A stretch of DNA of 46,290 bases from Nitrososphaeraceae archaeon (GTDB lineage Archaea; Thermoproteota; Nitrososphaeria; Nitrososphaerales; Nitrososphaeraceae), in the NCBI GenBank assembly GCA_035297365.1, contig DATGZA010000079.1:1-46290 (forward strand), written 5' to 3'. The notes beneath the pieces were generated by a model. The model made no database searches, was not told where the DNA came from, and saw nothing but the letters and a program-made list of their open reading frames with translations. Shown here in pieces: positions 1-9,636 of the stretch (its first letter is position 1; every line of letters starts with the position of its first letter). Position numbers and translations under genes: made by a program.

Positions 1-341
1 TCACAACTTTACGTTCATGATCATTGTGCTCTGCATTTTCCCTAATATCCTATAGATTATTAGTGGATTCAAAAACCAATAGAATTTTAACATCAATTAA
101 GAACTTTTGAATTATTTTAACAACCAAAACAAGGGTAACCAAATGTTCTGTTTAGAATAATTGCCTAACACTAGGCATAATAAGTTGTATTTGAATACGA
201 GCTAGAGGTCATACTGTAATATCTAGCCCATTATTATTCCATTATTGTTTATGCCTTTATTATGAGTGTTAATCATAAAACACATGAAAAATATTCTGCT
301 ATCTATAAAATACCATTCATACTCCTTGTGTAATGGTCCTG

Positions 342-1070
342 TTAACCTTTCTCCCCATGCAGATATAAAAGCAACAAAGCATTGATAATCGATGAGGCTA
401 CAGCACTTCCTCCTTTTCGTCCGATATTTGTGATACTAGGAACTGTAGTTTTTAAAAGCTCTGTTTTTGATTCAACAGCGGAAACAAAACCAACTGGAAC
501 CCCAATCACCAAATTGGGTTTTGTTATCCCTTCATTGACCATTTTTATAGTTTCATACAATGATGTTGGAGCGTTGCCGATAACAACTATTCCACCATTC
601 ATAGCTAATGCAGAACTCCTCATAGCCACCTCTGCTCTAGTTTTGTTATATTTCTTTGCTTCTTCAATTATGGTAGGATCAGATATTTTACAAAAAGATT
701 TTAAATTCAGTTGAGTTAAGGAATTTTTTGAAATCCCTGATCTAACCATCTCTACGTCAGTGACTATATTACAACCATTCTTGAGTGCATTAAAAGCAGA
801 TGCAACAGGATCATAACTGAATATTATTTTTTCTCGTCCTGCAAAATCGAAATCTGCCGTAGCATGTATCGCTCTTCTAACTATAGGCCATTCATATCTT
901 TCATCATATCCATGATTTCCAACCTCATCTTCTATTATTTTAAAACTAGTCTTTTCAATGTCAAAGGATTTAATGGACATCAACCTATTTTCCGCCGATT
1001 CATTCTGATTTTTGGATTCCGTTTCTATTCTTCTTTCATACAATTCTTCTATCTTCTGACTCCTTTGCAC
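342..1070 (-). CDS. cbiC: Cobalt-precorrin-8 methylmutase (CbiC/CobH); true start may lie downstream
   Basis: Motifs SFKIIEDE, RAIHATADFD, VIGNAPTSL, IGVPVGFV, GRKGGSAVA; downstream of cbiX and cbiG. Confidence 0.93.
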   Translation of the reverse strand: MQRSQKIEELYERRIETESKNQNESAENRLMSIKSFDIEKTSFKIIEDEVGNHGYDERYEWPIVRRAIHATADFDFAGREKIIFSYDPVASAFNALKNGCNIVTDVEMVRSGISKNSLTQLNLKSFCKISDPTIIEEAKKYNKTRAEVAMRSSALAMNGGIVVIGNAPTSLYETIKMVNEGITKPNLVIGVPVGFVSAVESKTELLKTTVPSITNIGRKGGSAVASSIINALLLLYLHGEKG

Positions 1071-1794
1071 GTTCTAATACAATGTCAATCATATTTTCAT
1101 CAACACCGATATGATCTGAGATATGTACTTCAAAAAAAGGATATTTCTTAAGCACTTCTTTTATTTCTTTTTTGACATCACTTTTTATATGTATTCCTTT
1201 ATGTAGAAAATAGGGCATTACCAAAATAACTTTAGGATTTGTTTTAATCAGTGAGGAGAGTGCCTGCTCTATGTTTGGCAGGTCTAGTTCTAAGAAACAG
1301 AATTTTACATTTCGATAAATTTTTTTTATTTTATCTACCGTGAAAAGGAAAGCTTCTCTGGCTCGTTTATCTGAACTTCCATGTCCTATTACCAAAACAT
1401 CGCAGTCAGGATTGTTATAGGAAATTTTTTTATCTCGTTTTAATTTCTCAATCCTATTGACAATGAGAGAAGACAGCCTATCAGAATAACTCAAGGGCTT
1501 GGTAATAACTAGCTTTAATCCCAACCTTTTACATATAATGGCACTTTGTTTTACAGATTCCTTCAGTTTCATGCCAGGATATAAAAAATAAGGCATTACT
1601 GTGATAAAATCTACATTTTGATCTATGCATCCACTGATGCCCTCTTCAATATAAGGTGGAACAACCTCTAAAAAACAATAATTCGTATAATCATAATTCC
1701 CTTTCTCCTTTACAATTTTAGATATCTGAGCTAACTCCAATCTTACTTCCTTTTCCTTGCTTCCCCTGTCAATTATTAAAAGAGCTTTACGCAT
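1036..1794 (-). CDS. cbiX: Sirohydrochlorin cobaltochelatase, two-domain CbiX-like
   Basis: Duplicated CbiX domain (CFLE..P.I and VMPYFL twice); GHGSSD and GIHIK in the second domain; cobalamin gene context. Confidence 0.88.
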   Translation of the reverse strand: MRKALLIIDRGSKEKEVRLELAQISKIVKEKGNYDYTNYCFLEVVPPYIEEGISGCIDQNVDFITVMPYFLYPGMKLKESVKQSAIICKRLGLKLVITKPLSYSDRLSSLIVNRIEKLKRDKKISYNNPDCDVLVIGHGSSDKRAREAFLFTVDKIKKIYRNVKFCFLELDLPNIEQALSSLIKTNPKVILVMPYFLHKGIHIKSDVKKEIKEVLKKYPFFEVHISDHIGVDENMIDIVLERAKESEDRRIV

Positions 1795-1796
1795 TT

Positions 1797-2897
1797 TTAC
1801 TCAAAACCCAGTTTCGATATAGCTATAGTCAAATTAGGTGGAAATTTTTGCTTCGGTACTTCAAGCGTTCCATGAGAATACAACAAAGATGAAGCCTCAG
1901 AAACACTTGCGACTCCCTCATATTTTTTTACTATCTCGGAAGGATTTGGAACATCAATCCTTGCTAGATCGCCTTTAGAATAGAGATAAAGTGGAATATT
2001 ATTTCCTTCGGAGAACTCTCTCAAACCTTTAACATCGACATTCTTTTTAATAGAGGTAATTGCTTTGATACAAGAAAAACTGAAGGAATTTTTTTGCAGT
2101 ATAGATGATAGTCCTTCCATTATCTCATCTTTTGTTATATTCCAGTGAACCCCAACTCCAACCACAAGAGTTTTTGGTCTATATATTACTGATTTTGATA
2201 AGATATTATTGTCGGAAATTATTTTGTCTGAAATAATCAGACATCCTTTGAAGGAATTGTCATGAATGGCTTCAAGACTATGTACAATGGTTACGTTTTC
2301 TGGAAGGTTATTCATATCCCACCAGTTTCTTTCTCCTGAATCCTGGAAAATTGCTATTTTCTCTTCATTTACCATTAATGCACTTATTTTCGTTACATTT
2401 TCAATATTTTCTATATTCCATCCTAACTCTTTTCCGAGCAGATCTACAGATATCGTTTTATTGACATCTGCTGCAGTCGTTATGACAGGAGTGGAATTTA
2501 GAATAGATGCTATATTTCGTGTTAGTGCATTTGCGCCTCCAAGATGACCTGATAGGGTACTTATTACGAAATTGGATTTATCATCTATCACAAGTACCGC
2601 AGGATCACTTTTTTTATCCACCAATAAATTAGATATAAGACGTATAACAGCCCCTAGTGAAAAAATACATATCAATGCTTCATTGGATTTAAATAAATCT
2701 ACAATTACTTTAGAAACAGGTTCCTTGAACCATATGATACTGGTCTGATTATTATCATGGCGAAATTTTTCAGGTGCATATATCGAAGCTTCAGGAATAT
2801 TTTTTTTTATCAATTTGGAAATCGTAATACCGTTTTTTGTAATCGCAAGAACCGCAATTTTATCTCGCTTTTTCAATATGGTATGAATTGCATACAT
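1797..2897 (-). CDS. cbiG: Cobalt-precorrin-5A hydrolase CbiG
   Basis: KKSDPAVLVID, SGHLGGANAL, PVITTAAD, LVVGVG, SVSEASSL. Confidence 0.93.
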   Translation of the reverse strand: MYAIHTILKKRDKIAVLAITKNGITISKLIKKNIPEASIYAPEKFRHDNNQTSIIWFKEPVSKVIVDLFKSNEALICIFSLGAVIRLISNLLVDKKSDPAVLVIDDKSNFVISTLSGHLGGANALTRNIASILNSTPVITTAADVNKTISVDLLGKELGWNIENIENVTKISALMVNEEKIAIFQDSGERNWWDMNNLPENVTIVHSLEAIHDNSFKGCLIISDKIISDNNILSKSVIYRPKTLVVGVGVHWNITKDEIMEGLSSILQKNSFSFSCIKAITSIKKNVDVKGLREFSEGNNIPLYLYSKGDLARIDVPNPSEIVKKYEGVASVSEASSLLYSHGTLEVPKQKFPPNLTIAISKLGFE

Positions 2898-2904
2898 TAG
2901 AATT

Positions 2905-3325
2905 ATTTATTTGCTTTATTAATAGACGAAAGTATAGTTTCCGACATTCGTCTCTAACCATAGTTAACGCCATCATTCCATTTATCAGGGTCACATTTAT
3001 GCATCCTTGCAATCGTGTTTCTTAGATAGTAATTGGTCATTCTACCGCTCAAATTATTTCTTACGTTTATTATTGCTGGTTTGATTCCTTTAAATGATAG
3101 AAAATTGAAAATTCTTTTACTATCATAGCAGCCATCCATAATAGCAGTATATATTATTACCATGTTATTCTTTTTCGTAATATCATTTATCAGTTCTGGT
3201 AATACTTTTCCGTCATTTACTTGTTTATTAGTTACTTTTAACGATAGAATTCTCTTTGTTTTGATATCAACTACTACATGTATATTTAGATATCCTCTCT
3301 CGACATTTCACTTGACGAATCCTTA
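2905..3325 (-). pseudogene. Decayed IS5-family DDE transposase fragment
   Basis: Minus frame reads *NVERGYLNIHVVVDIKTKRILSLKVT..NDGKVL..DGCYDS..GIKPAI..W..GVNYG*RRMSETILSSI. This matches the IS5 pattern (KIHxxVD, DGxYD, YxxRWxxETxFSxIK) with in-frame stops and no N-terminus. Confidence 0.85.
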
Positions 3326-3878
3326 TAATATGTCTATAGTAGGTTGGCTATTTGTGTTAGTAAGAGTGAACTGTAAAACATGCATTAAATAGCCAATGTT
3401 TATTAGGATTTCGAGATCTATATAGATTATTATTAGAATTTTGAAGTTTGTTGAAAATGATGAGATGACAAAATAAAATTGTAAAAAATATTGGTTAGAA
3501 CTTGCGTATTTCAACTTACCATTCACAATGAATCCTTAGTAATAGTTACCTAGAGTGATTACATTTCCATCTGCTACTGAGTCGACTATTGGTGGAATAT
3601 CCAATGATACATCTCGTCATAAATATTTTAGAAAGGTAAATTCTTAATTTAGTCAATGAAATTCACCTAGAAGAAGGTTTTTAAATAGTGCGCTGTCGAA
3701 GTTGATATATCTAATACTAAATATATAGACAGAAAATAATGGACAGTCCCATGACAATCAAATACGTAGAAAATTTAGTCGTAAGACATGTTATAATACT
3801 AACAGATTTTATTTATTAAACTATTACATCCTCTCAAATAACTTGCAAATAGGTGTAAATAAAATGATGATGATTGCA

Positions 3879-3892
3879 CAAAGGTTTATAAA
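3879..3892 (+). promoter_or_regulatory. Archaeal BRE/TATA box for the Rieske-cytochrome b genes
   Basis: CAAAGG-TTTATAAA ends 24 nt before the ATG at 3916, a spacing typical of leaderless archaeal transcripts. Confidence 0.6.
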
Positions 3893-3915
3893 ATATTTTT
3901 TCATCTGCTATATTA

Positions 3916-4527
3916 ATGTCTGGTCAGCCCGCATCAAGCCGTGGTGATAAGGTTTCAAGAAGAGATTTCTTGAAATTATTGGCTGCGGCGGGAGCTGTCG
4001 TGACGTTCACACCATTTATTGATTGGGGTAAGTTTCTGCCTAATCCCGCTGGTTCAGCAAATGAAAAAGGAAAGGTTGAGCTACCCGATGGTTCGCAAGC
4101 AAATGTAAAAACCTTTAAGGTAAACCATTCTGAAGCTATTATCTATCCAAAATCTGATGATCCAGTATTAAATGAAGAAGCTTTTAGGACATGGCAATTC
4201 ATCCGCCTTCCATCTGAGTTGGGAGGAGACAAAAATGAGGCGTCTGCCTTTAGGGTCTATAGTATGGTTTGTTTACATTTGTGGTGTTTATGGAAATACT
4301 GGCCAGGTGAAGGAAGAAAAAGAGGAGAATGTCCCTGTCACGGAAGCTTATATGATCCCTTAACTGGAAAGGCATTTGCAGGTCCTGCTTCTTTACAGTC
4401 TCCTCCTTCAAACGTACTTCCAAGGTTAGATTTGGAAGTAGACAAAGACGGCAATGTTTGGATTCTTCCTCCTAATTGGAGTGTTAATGGCAATGGGGTA
4501 GTGGGATTTGGACGCTTCATTACATAA
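3916..4527 (+). CDS. petC: Rieske [2Fe-2S] subunit of complex III with Tat signal
   Basis: SRRDFLK twin-arginine signal; ligand boxes CLHLWC and CPCHGS; GPA motif. Confidence 0.95.
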   Translation: MSGQPASSRGDKVSRRDFLKLLAAAGAVVTFTPFIDWGKFLPNPAGSANEKGKVELPDGSQANVKTFKVNHSEAIIYPKSDDPVLNEEAFRTWQFIRLPSELGGDKNEASAFRVYSMVCLHLWCLWKYWPGEGRKRGECPCHGSLYDPLTGKAFAGPASLQSPPSNVLPRLDLEVDKDGNVWILPPNWSVNGNGVVGFGRFIT

Positions 4528-6049
4528 CGAAAATAGTCTTGTTCGACTATTCAGATGGATTTATGCTGGATTAGACAGAACAATATTCATGGGAATGAAA
4601 TTTACTATTCCAACTCGGTTTGTGAGTCCACTTGGTTTCCTTGGTATGCTTACTTTTATTCTTTTTATAATATTGGGTATTACTGGTGCATTTCTGATGC
4701 TATGGTATGAACCCATTCTGGATAGGGCGTGGGATAGTGTCGAAAATATCAATGATACAATTCCATATGGCTTTCATATGAGAAATATTCACTATCATGC
4801 TTCTAATGCAATGGTAATGATGGCTATTCTTCATATGTACTATCAATACTTTAGTGGAAGATATAAGATTAGAAACGAAATTTTATGGGTAACAGGTATT
4901 CTTATTGGTGTTCTTACTATTCTTGAAGCATTTACAGGCTACGATATAATTTTTAGTGAAAGAGCAGAACTTGCTATTTCAATTGCTGCTTCTTTGACTA
5001 ATTCTATCCCCATTCTTGGTCCTGATATGCGGGCTGCTTTTTTTGGATCTGGTTTTCATGATTTTATATTGCGTTTTTATGCGTTTCATGTGTTTTTTCT
5101 GCCCATTGTGTTGATAGGGCTAATGGCTCTTCATTTTCCTCGTTTTATGGTGTTTGATGTTCCAATGGTGATGGCTATAGCTGGTGCGGTAATGATAACG
5201 GGCGGTGTATTTCCTGTCGATATGGGCTTAAAGTTCGATCCTAATGTCCCACCTGGAATTACTGTTCCTGAATGGTATCTAACTGGTCTATATGCATTTC
5301 TAAGATCACAATATGATAAATTTGTTACAGGGGTTGCTTGGCCAGGGTTGTTTATATTTACTCTATTGATAGTACCTTTTATTGATAGGTACAAAAAATT
5401 CTCATGGAAAGATAGACCCATTATTACCGCAATAGGCATAACAAGTATTGCTCAAATAGTTGTCACAACTTATTGGGGATTTTACATCGACCCTGACAGA
5501 ACAAAGTCTCTTCTTGAAAGATTGGTTATCGATCCTATATTTCTTTATAGTGTAATGATCGCTTTGGTTCCTCTCTCTTTTGGATTTACATATCTGATGA
5601 TAAAGTTGGTAAAAAATGCTGAAGCCAATGCTAAAAAACAACCAAAGAAAGCAGAGGCAACAATAACTTTACCTGAAAAATGGATCTATTATGTATTCGT
5701 TGCACTCATTGGCTTCCAAATTTATCTAAATATTGCAGCATATTATGCTGTTCTAAATGGTATGAAAAATATCTCACTATTTATAATAGGCATTATCATG
5801 TTGGTCTTCGCAGGAATGTACCATTTATATAGACATGGTAGATTTAATGCTAACAATCCCCCAGCTCCAACTATTCCTATTAGAGAGAAAATAAAATCAG
5901 ATGAGCAAAAATCCTTAGAGGATAGTTCAATTCCAAAAGACCAATTATCATATGAAAATCAGACTAAAAGTAAGGGGTTACTAAATACTTTATTGGGCAA
6001 AGGGAAAAAATCGCGTACCAGTTTTGAAAAGATGTGGAATAGAGAATAA
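4508..6049 (+). CDS. petB: Cytochrome b/b6 subunit with C-terminal membrane extension
   Basis: RNIHYHASNAM..LHM and FYAFHVFFLP..LHF heme ligands; PEWY motif; overlaps the Rieske stop. Confidence 0.95.
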   Translation: MDASLHNENSLVRLFRWIYAGLDRTIFMGMKFTIPTRFVSPLGFLGMLTFILFIILGITGAFLMLWYEPILDRAWDSVENINDTIPYGFHMRNIHYHASNAMVMMAILHMYYQYFSGRYKIRNEILWVTGILIGVLTILEAFTGYDIIFSERAELAISIAASLTNSIPILGPDMRAAFFGSGFHDFILRFYAFHVFFLPIVLIGLMALHFPRFMVFDVPMVMAIAGAVMITGGVFPVDMGLKFDPNVPPGITVPEWYLTGLYAFLRSQYDKFVTGVAWPGLFIFTLLIVPFIDRYKKFSWKDRPIITAIGITSIAQIVVTTYWGFYIDPDRTKSLLERLVIDPIFLYSVMIALVPLSFGFTYLMIKLVKNAEANAKKQPKKAEATITLPEKWIYYVFVALIGFQIYLNIAAYYAVLNGMKNISLFIIGIIMLVFAGMYHLYRHGRFNANNPPAPTIPIREKIKSDEQKSLEDSSIPKDQLSYENQTKSKGLLNTLLGKGKKSRTSFEKMWNRE

Positions 6050-6159
6050 TAACTTCGTTATATTAAATATCATTTTTTTTCTCTACCTAATACAGCAAAT
6101 ATTAAAATTTAAATTATGTTCTATTATTAGCTAAGGTATAACAAATAGGCGTTAAAAAA

Positions 6160-6633
6160 ATGGAAAGAGTACAACAAACAAATGTAGGCGGATTAGCTAT
6201 TATCTTCTTTATTATTGCTATTACAATTAGTATTGCCTTTTATCAATTCATTTATCTAAATGAATTAAATGCAAAGCCACAAGTTTCAGAAGAAATTTCA
6301 AATCCTCCTCAATCAGCTGGAATATCTATAGTCGAAGGAGCCGCAATGCCAAGTAATTCTAAATTTTTCGATCCAAAAGACGCAAGAGCGACTCTAGAAA
6401 TTGATAACAAAATAGTATGGACAAATCATGATACTACTCCCCATTCAGTCACTACAGACAATGATTATCAAGATAAATTATCTGGAAAATTTGATTCAAT
6501 GGAAACAATAGGTTTGGTACCACCTGGTGGAACTTTTGAGTTCGTATTCACCGAAGACGGTGAATTTCCATATCACTGTGAACCTCATCCTTGGATGACT
6601 GGTATGGTAACAGTTGTAAAGAACTACTCCTAA
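6160..6633 (+). CDS. Membrane-anchored blue (type 1) copper protein, plastocyanin/cupredoxin family
   Basis: N-terminal TM helix; WTNHD..PHSVT and YHCEPHPWMTG supply the His/Cys/His/Met ligands. Confidence 0.92.
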   Translation: MERVQQTNVGGLAIIFFIIAITISIAFYQFIYLNELNAKPQVSEEISNPPQSAGISIVEGAAMPSNSKFFDPKDARATLEIDNKIVWTNHDTTPHSVTTDNDYQDKLSGKFDSMETIGLVPPGGTFEFVFTEDGEFPYHCEPHPWMTGMVTVVKNYS

Positions 6634-6634
6634 C

Positions 6635-7018
6635 CTATACCGCCTTTTCTTTTTTTATATCTCGAAAAAATACATAATTTGCAATTTCTTTATGTTCTTG
6701 GATAATTGATGTTCTGAATTTTACTCTAGTAAAACCAGATGGTGTGGAGGGGATGTGTTTGGTTATTGCTGTAAATTCGATGGTATTTCTATCTTCTATT
6801 TCTTTTCTAAAAATTGAAAGTCTAGCAAAGGGATGATTAATTTTTTTTCCATTAAGTTCGATGTAATTAAAAATGTCATTTGAATTCTCAATTTGCGAAT
6901 TTATTACAACTGTATCAAATCTGCCATCATAATTCAATTCGATCTTTCCATGAATCTCCTCATTTGGATAAATAATCTGCTCAAATATCTGTAGTTTTAT
7001 ATCGCTCTTCTGATCCAT
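6635..7018 (-). CDS. Hypothetical protein, probable beta-sandwich fold
   Basis: 127-aa ATG-initiated ORF with alternating hydrophobic beta-strand pattern; fills the gap next to the tRNA. Confidence 0.7.
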   Translation of the reverse strand: MDQKSDIKLQIFEQIIYPNEEIHGKIELNYDGRFDTVVINSQIENSNDIFNYIELNGKKINHPFARLSIFRKEIEDRNTIEFTAITKHIPSTPSGFTRVKFRTSIIQEHKEIANYVFFRDIKKEKAV

Positions 7019-7124
7019 ATAGTGATTGCATAGATCTGATTGTATTAATCTTAATTACTTATGCTTTTATAAAATAATTGATAATCTTTAAATTTGCAAG
7101 TTTTCAGATAGTCTGTGATGAATT

Positions 7125-7215
7125 GGGCTCGTAGCTCAGCATGGATAGAGCGCCTGCCTTCTAATTGTACTAAGAAGATAGCCGGAAGTCGAGGGATCGA
7201 AGCCCTCCGGGCCCG
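7125..7215 (+). tRNA. tRNA-Arg(UCU) with 16-nt canonical intron (7164-7179)
   Basis: Acceptor GGGCTCG/CGGGCCC, D-stem GCTC/GAGC, anticodon TCT at 7160-7162, T-stem GAGGG/CCCTC. The intron at 37/38 forms a bulge-helix-bulge (CTTC/GAAG). CCA is not encoded. Confidence 0.95.
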
Positions 7216-7313
7216 TTAATTATTTTCGAACATTTATTCTTGATTGGTAACAAATATGAATAATTTAGAACGATAATTTGCCTCGATGAGCAAAAACCTC
7301 GATAAATTTAATC

Positions 7314-7514
7314 TTATTTTGGAGCTGATGTTAAAAATTCTCCGATTAACTTTATAACAAATCCTAAAGCTCCTATCACACCCATCCCTAAAAGAATGAA
7401 TCGCATGTGAGTAGAATAGTCGTCTTTTGATGTTTTTTTTGCTAGCAATAATGTCTGATACATATCTATAATTTTACGTTCCAACATTGAAAAAATTTGA
7501 GTTATACTTAACAA
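7314..7514 (-). CDS. secE: Protein translocase subunit SecE/Sec61-gamma
   Basis: LLLAKKTSKDDY followed by TM segment LLGMGVIGALGFVIKL. Confidence 0.85.
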   Translation of the reverse strand: MLSITQIFSMLERKIIDMYQTLLLAKKTSKDDYSTHMRFILLGMGVIGALGFVIKLIGEFLTSAPK

Positions 7515-7592
7515 TACCTTCCTATCTAAGTTTTAGCTTTATTTGAATTTAACTACTTGTTGCTATTTTATAATCGATAAAACTATTTCCAA

Positions 7593-8054
7593 TTAATGTG
7601 ATTGTTTTGAATAGTCTGCATCTTTTTCTGTTCTTTGCATTTCTACAAAAGTTTCAGTATTCTGGATCCCTTCAATTTTGCCAATTCTCTCTATCACCAC
7701 ATTATGCAGCTCCTCTAATGTACTTGCATTAACATTTACAATCATATCAAACCTGCCTGTCACCTCTGAAAGGGATCTTACTTCTGGAATTTGAAGTAAT
7801 TCTTGGTGAATTGGTTCTTTTCTTTTAGGATCACGATTTATTCCAACAGTAGCCTTAATATTTAGACCTAGCATGTTTTCATTTACAATAATCGTAAATT
7901 TCTTGATTAAACTTCTTTTGGATAAACGTTTAATTCTGCTGTAAAGTACCGAGGAATTGATGTTTAATTTCTTACTAAGCTGCGGTACCGAAATACTTGC
8001 ATCTTTAGTAAGCTCTGTCAATATTTTCATATCAAGCTCGTCAAACCGTTGCAA
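7593..8054 (-). CDS. Lrp/AsnC family transcriptional regulator
   Basis: DELDMKIL..L..DA HTH, RIKRL..LIKKF, C-terminal RAM domain with VTGRFD. Confidence 0.93.
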   Translation of the reverse strand: MQRFDELDMKILTELTKDASISVPQLSKKLNINSSVLYSRIKRLSKRSLIKKFTIIVNENMLGLNIKATVGINRDPKRKEPIHQELLQIPEVRSLSEVTGRFDMIVNVNASTLEELHNVVIERIGKIEGIQNTETFVEMQRTEKDADYSKQSH

Positions 8055-8399
8055 ATTGCATCCGCAATACGTTACAAATCTACATTAATAAATGTAATTA
8101 TATTTTTAGCAATTAATTATAATTTTTTTATATATTTTTTTGTTTTTTCAAATGTGTAATTAATAAAATGAAATAATTGATATTTTTTCTATTAAGTTTA
8201 TAGTATTGTAAATAATGCTATATTAATTAAAGATAATATAATATTGTCCCATTAACTCACCATCGTGATTATATCTATTGCATAATTAGACATAGATCAG
8301 AATATTCGAAGAATTGAAATAATTTGAAAATTTATGAATTTAGTAGTTTTACCTTCTTTAATCTTTGGTTTAGTCATGTAATATTTTACATGGTTACTA

Positions 8400-8910
8400 A
8401 TTAGTCATAGATCTATTATCTCTTGTTGTGCGATTATAGATGTAAACAAAATAGTATCCAGTTACGTATATCTAATAAATTCCAATCTTCTTGTTCTCTT
8501 TATTCTCTTTATCTGCTTTTCACACATGGATAATAGTCATCAAAATTTTCTATTCTATCTTTCAAATATTGATCGACCTTTTGCATCATACTTTTCTCAA
8601 TGAGAATACAAATAGTGTTTCAATCCAATTATCCTTCATGCTTCATAAAATCATGTACCCCCAGTCAGTATATTCGCTACGTCTACAATACTTTGATACA
8701 AGAGATCTAACAAAATACTGCGACCTACATGTTTTGCTGTCCAGAGATGTGGATTCCAAACACAGAACTATGAACTCCCCTTAGACAGAAATATTCACCA
8801 CAAATCTGAATGACAGCTTCATCTAAAATGAAGGATGTTATTCTTCCTTTCTTTTATATCTGACTTGACAAACCTTTTTATCCAATTTCACAAAATATCT
8901 TCTTTGTTTA
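8400..8910 (-). pseudogene. Decayed IS6-family (IS240-like DDE) transposase
   Basis: Frameshifted minus-strand segments NWIKRF, ITSFILDEAVIQI, VFGIHIS..QNM, FVRSLVSKY..YTD, IIGLKHYL, EKSMMQKVDQYLKDRIENFDDYYPC; multiple stops. Confidence 0.82.
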
Positions 8911-9024
8911 TCTTAGTATTAATGCTTTAGACCTATACCCAAACTTAAACCAAGAAAATATAGATATATTACATTATAATAATAGTGAATGTTATACATA
9001 AATAGAACGTTGTTAGATATTGCT

Positions 9025-9051
9025 TTTACTGCTTAAATCAAAAGCAGTAAA
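9025..9051. repeat. Perfect 10-bp inverted repeat with 7-nt spacer
   Basis: TTTACTGCTT-aaatcaa-AAGCAGTAAA, immediately upstream of the ORF at 9084. Confidence 0.75.
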
Positions 9052-9083
9052 TAATATATAATTTAATTCTTAACTTCCAACAA

Positions 9084-9587
9084 ATGTTTGGAATAGGGAG
9101 GACTAAACCTGGTGATTATGTTTTTGCAGTTAGAAAAGAAACCGATTCTAATATAATAATTATTGGAAGAGTTCAATCTGTAAGTAAAAAAATCTTAACT
9201 GTTATAGGATCTTCTATAAAACCAAGTGGACTTCTAAAACGCAAATTACAAGGGAAAATAGGGAAACGATCGAATGAGGTTCTAAACGATCCTGACCCTA
9301 ATAATTGTATTTTTATTTTAATAGACAGAATTGAATCAGAGAATTTTTCTGGTCAAGTAAATCAAGAAACTGATAAGGTAACATGGATAAATGAGAAGCG
9401 ATATTTTATTTTGGATGGTTGGATTAAGGAAAACTTGTCAGACATGTTTGCCAATGTAATCCACTCGTACTCTGAGGAAGAACGCGATCATTCCAGATCA
9501 GTGCTGATAGAAAAAATGAATTCACTATACGATAAAGATTTAAAGGATCATGTATATGCCGTTGTGAGAAGCACTAGGATTTTATAA
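9084..9587 (+). CDS. Hypothetical protein with SH3/KOW-like N-terminal pattern
   Basis: 167-aa ORF; KPGDYVFAV..IIIGRV pattern; co-oriented with rpl12. Confidence 0.75.
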   Translation: MFGIGRTKPGDYVFAVRKETDSNIIIIGRVQSVSKKILTVIGSSIKPSGLLKRKLQGKIGKRSNEVLNDPDPNNCIFILIDRIESENFSGQVNQETDKVTWINEKRYFILDGWIKENLSDMFANVIHSYSEEERDHSRSVLIEKMNSLYDKDLKDHVYAVVRSTRIL

Positions 9588-9636
9588 TAATTTGAAAGTT
9601 TTATATTATGGTTAATCGATCATCCGATTTTGATAA

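Noticed and set aside
200-230. ACTGTAA next to cobalamin genes, suggesting a B12 riboswitch
   Set aside because: The GGGAA, T-loop and CCCGC core elements are absent, and the site is antisense and downstream of the cbi genes
382-714. Antisense shadow ORFs such as 382-714, 10443-10826, 35482-35826 and 41442-42107
   Set aside because: They lie fully opposite well-supported genes and have no motifs; expected from codon bias
2954-2956. In-frame TAG in the IS5 frame as possible recoding
   Set aside because: The element has another stop and is truncated, and no pyrrolysine or selenocysteine machinery is visible; ordinary decay
8050-8060. TGCAAATTGCA quasi-palindrome over the Lrp start codon as an autoregulatory site
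   Set aside because: Only 11 bp in AT-rich DNA, shorter than known Lrp boxes and a single copy
8375-8392. CATGTAA-tatt-TTACATG palindrome beside the IS6 relic
   Set aside because: Short and AT-rich; no matching partner found at the other end of the element
8491-8784. 97-aa plus-strand ORF
   Set aside because: It is the reverse strand of the IS6 transposase relic
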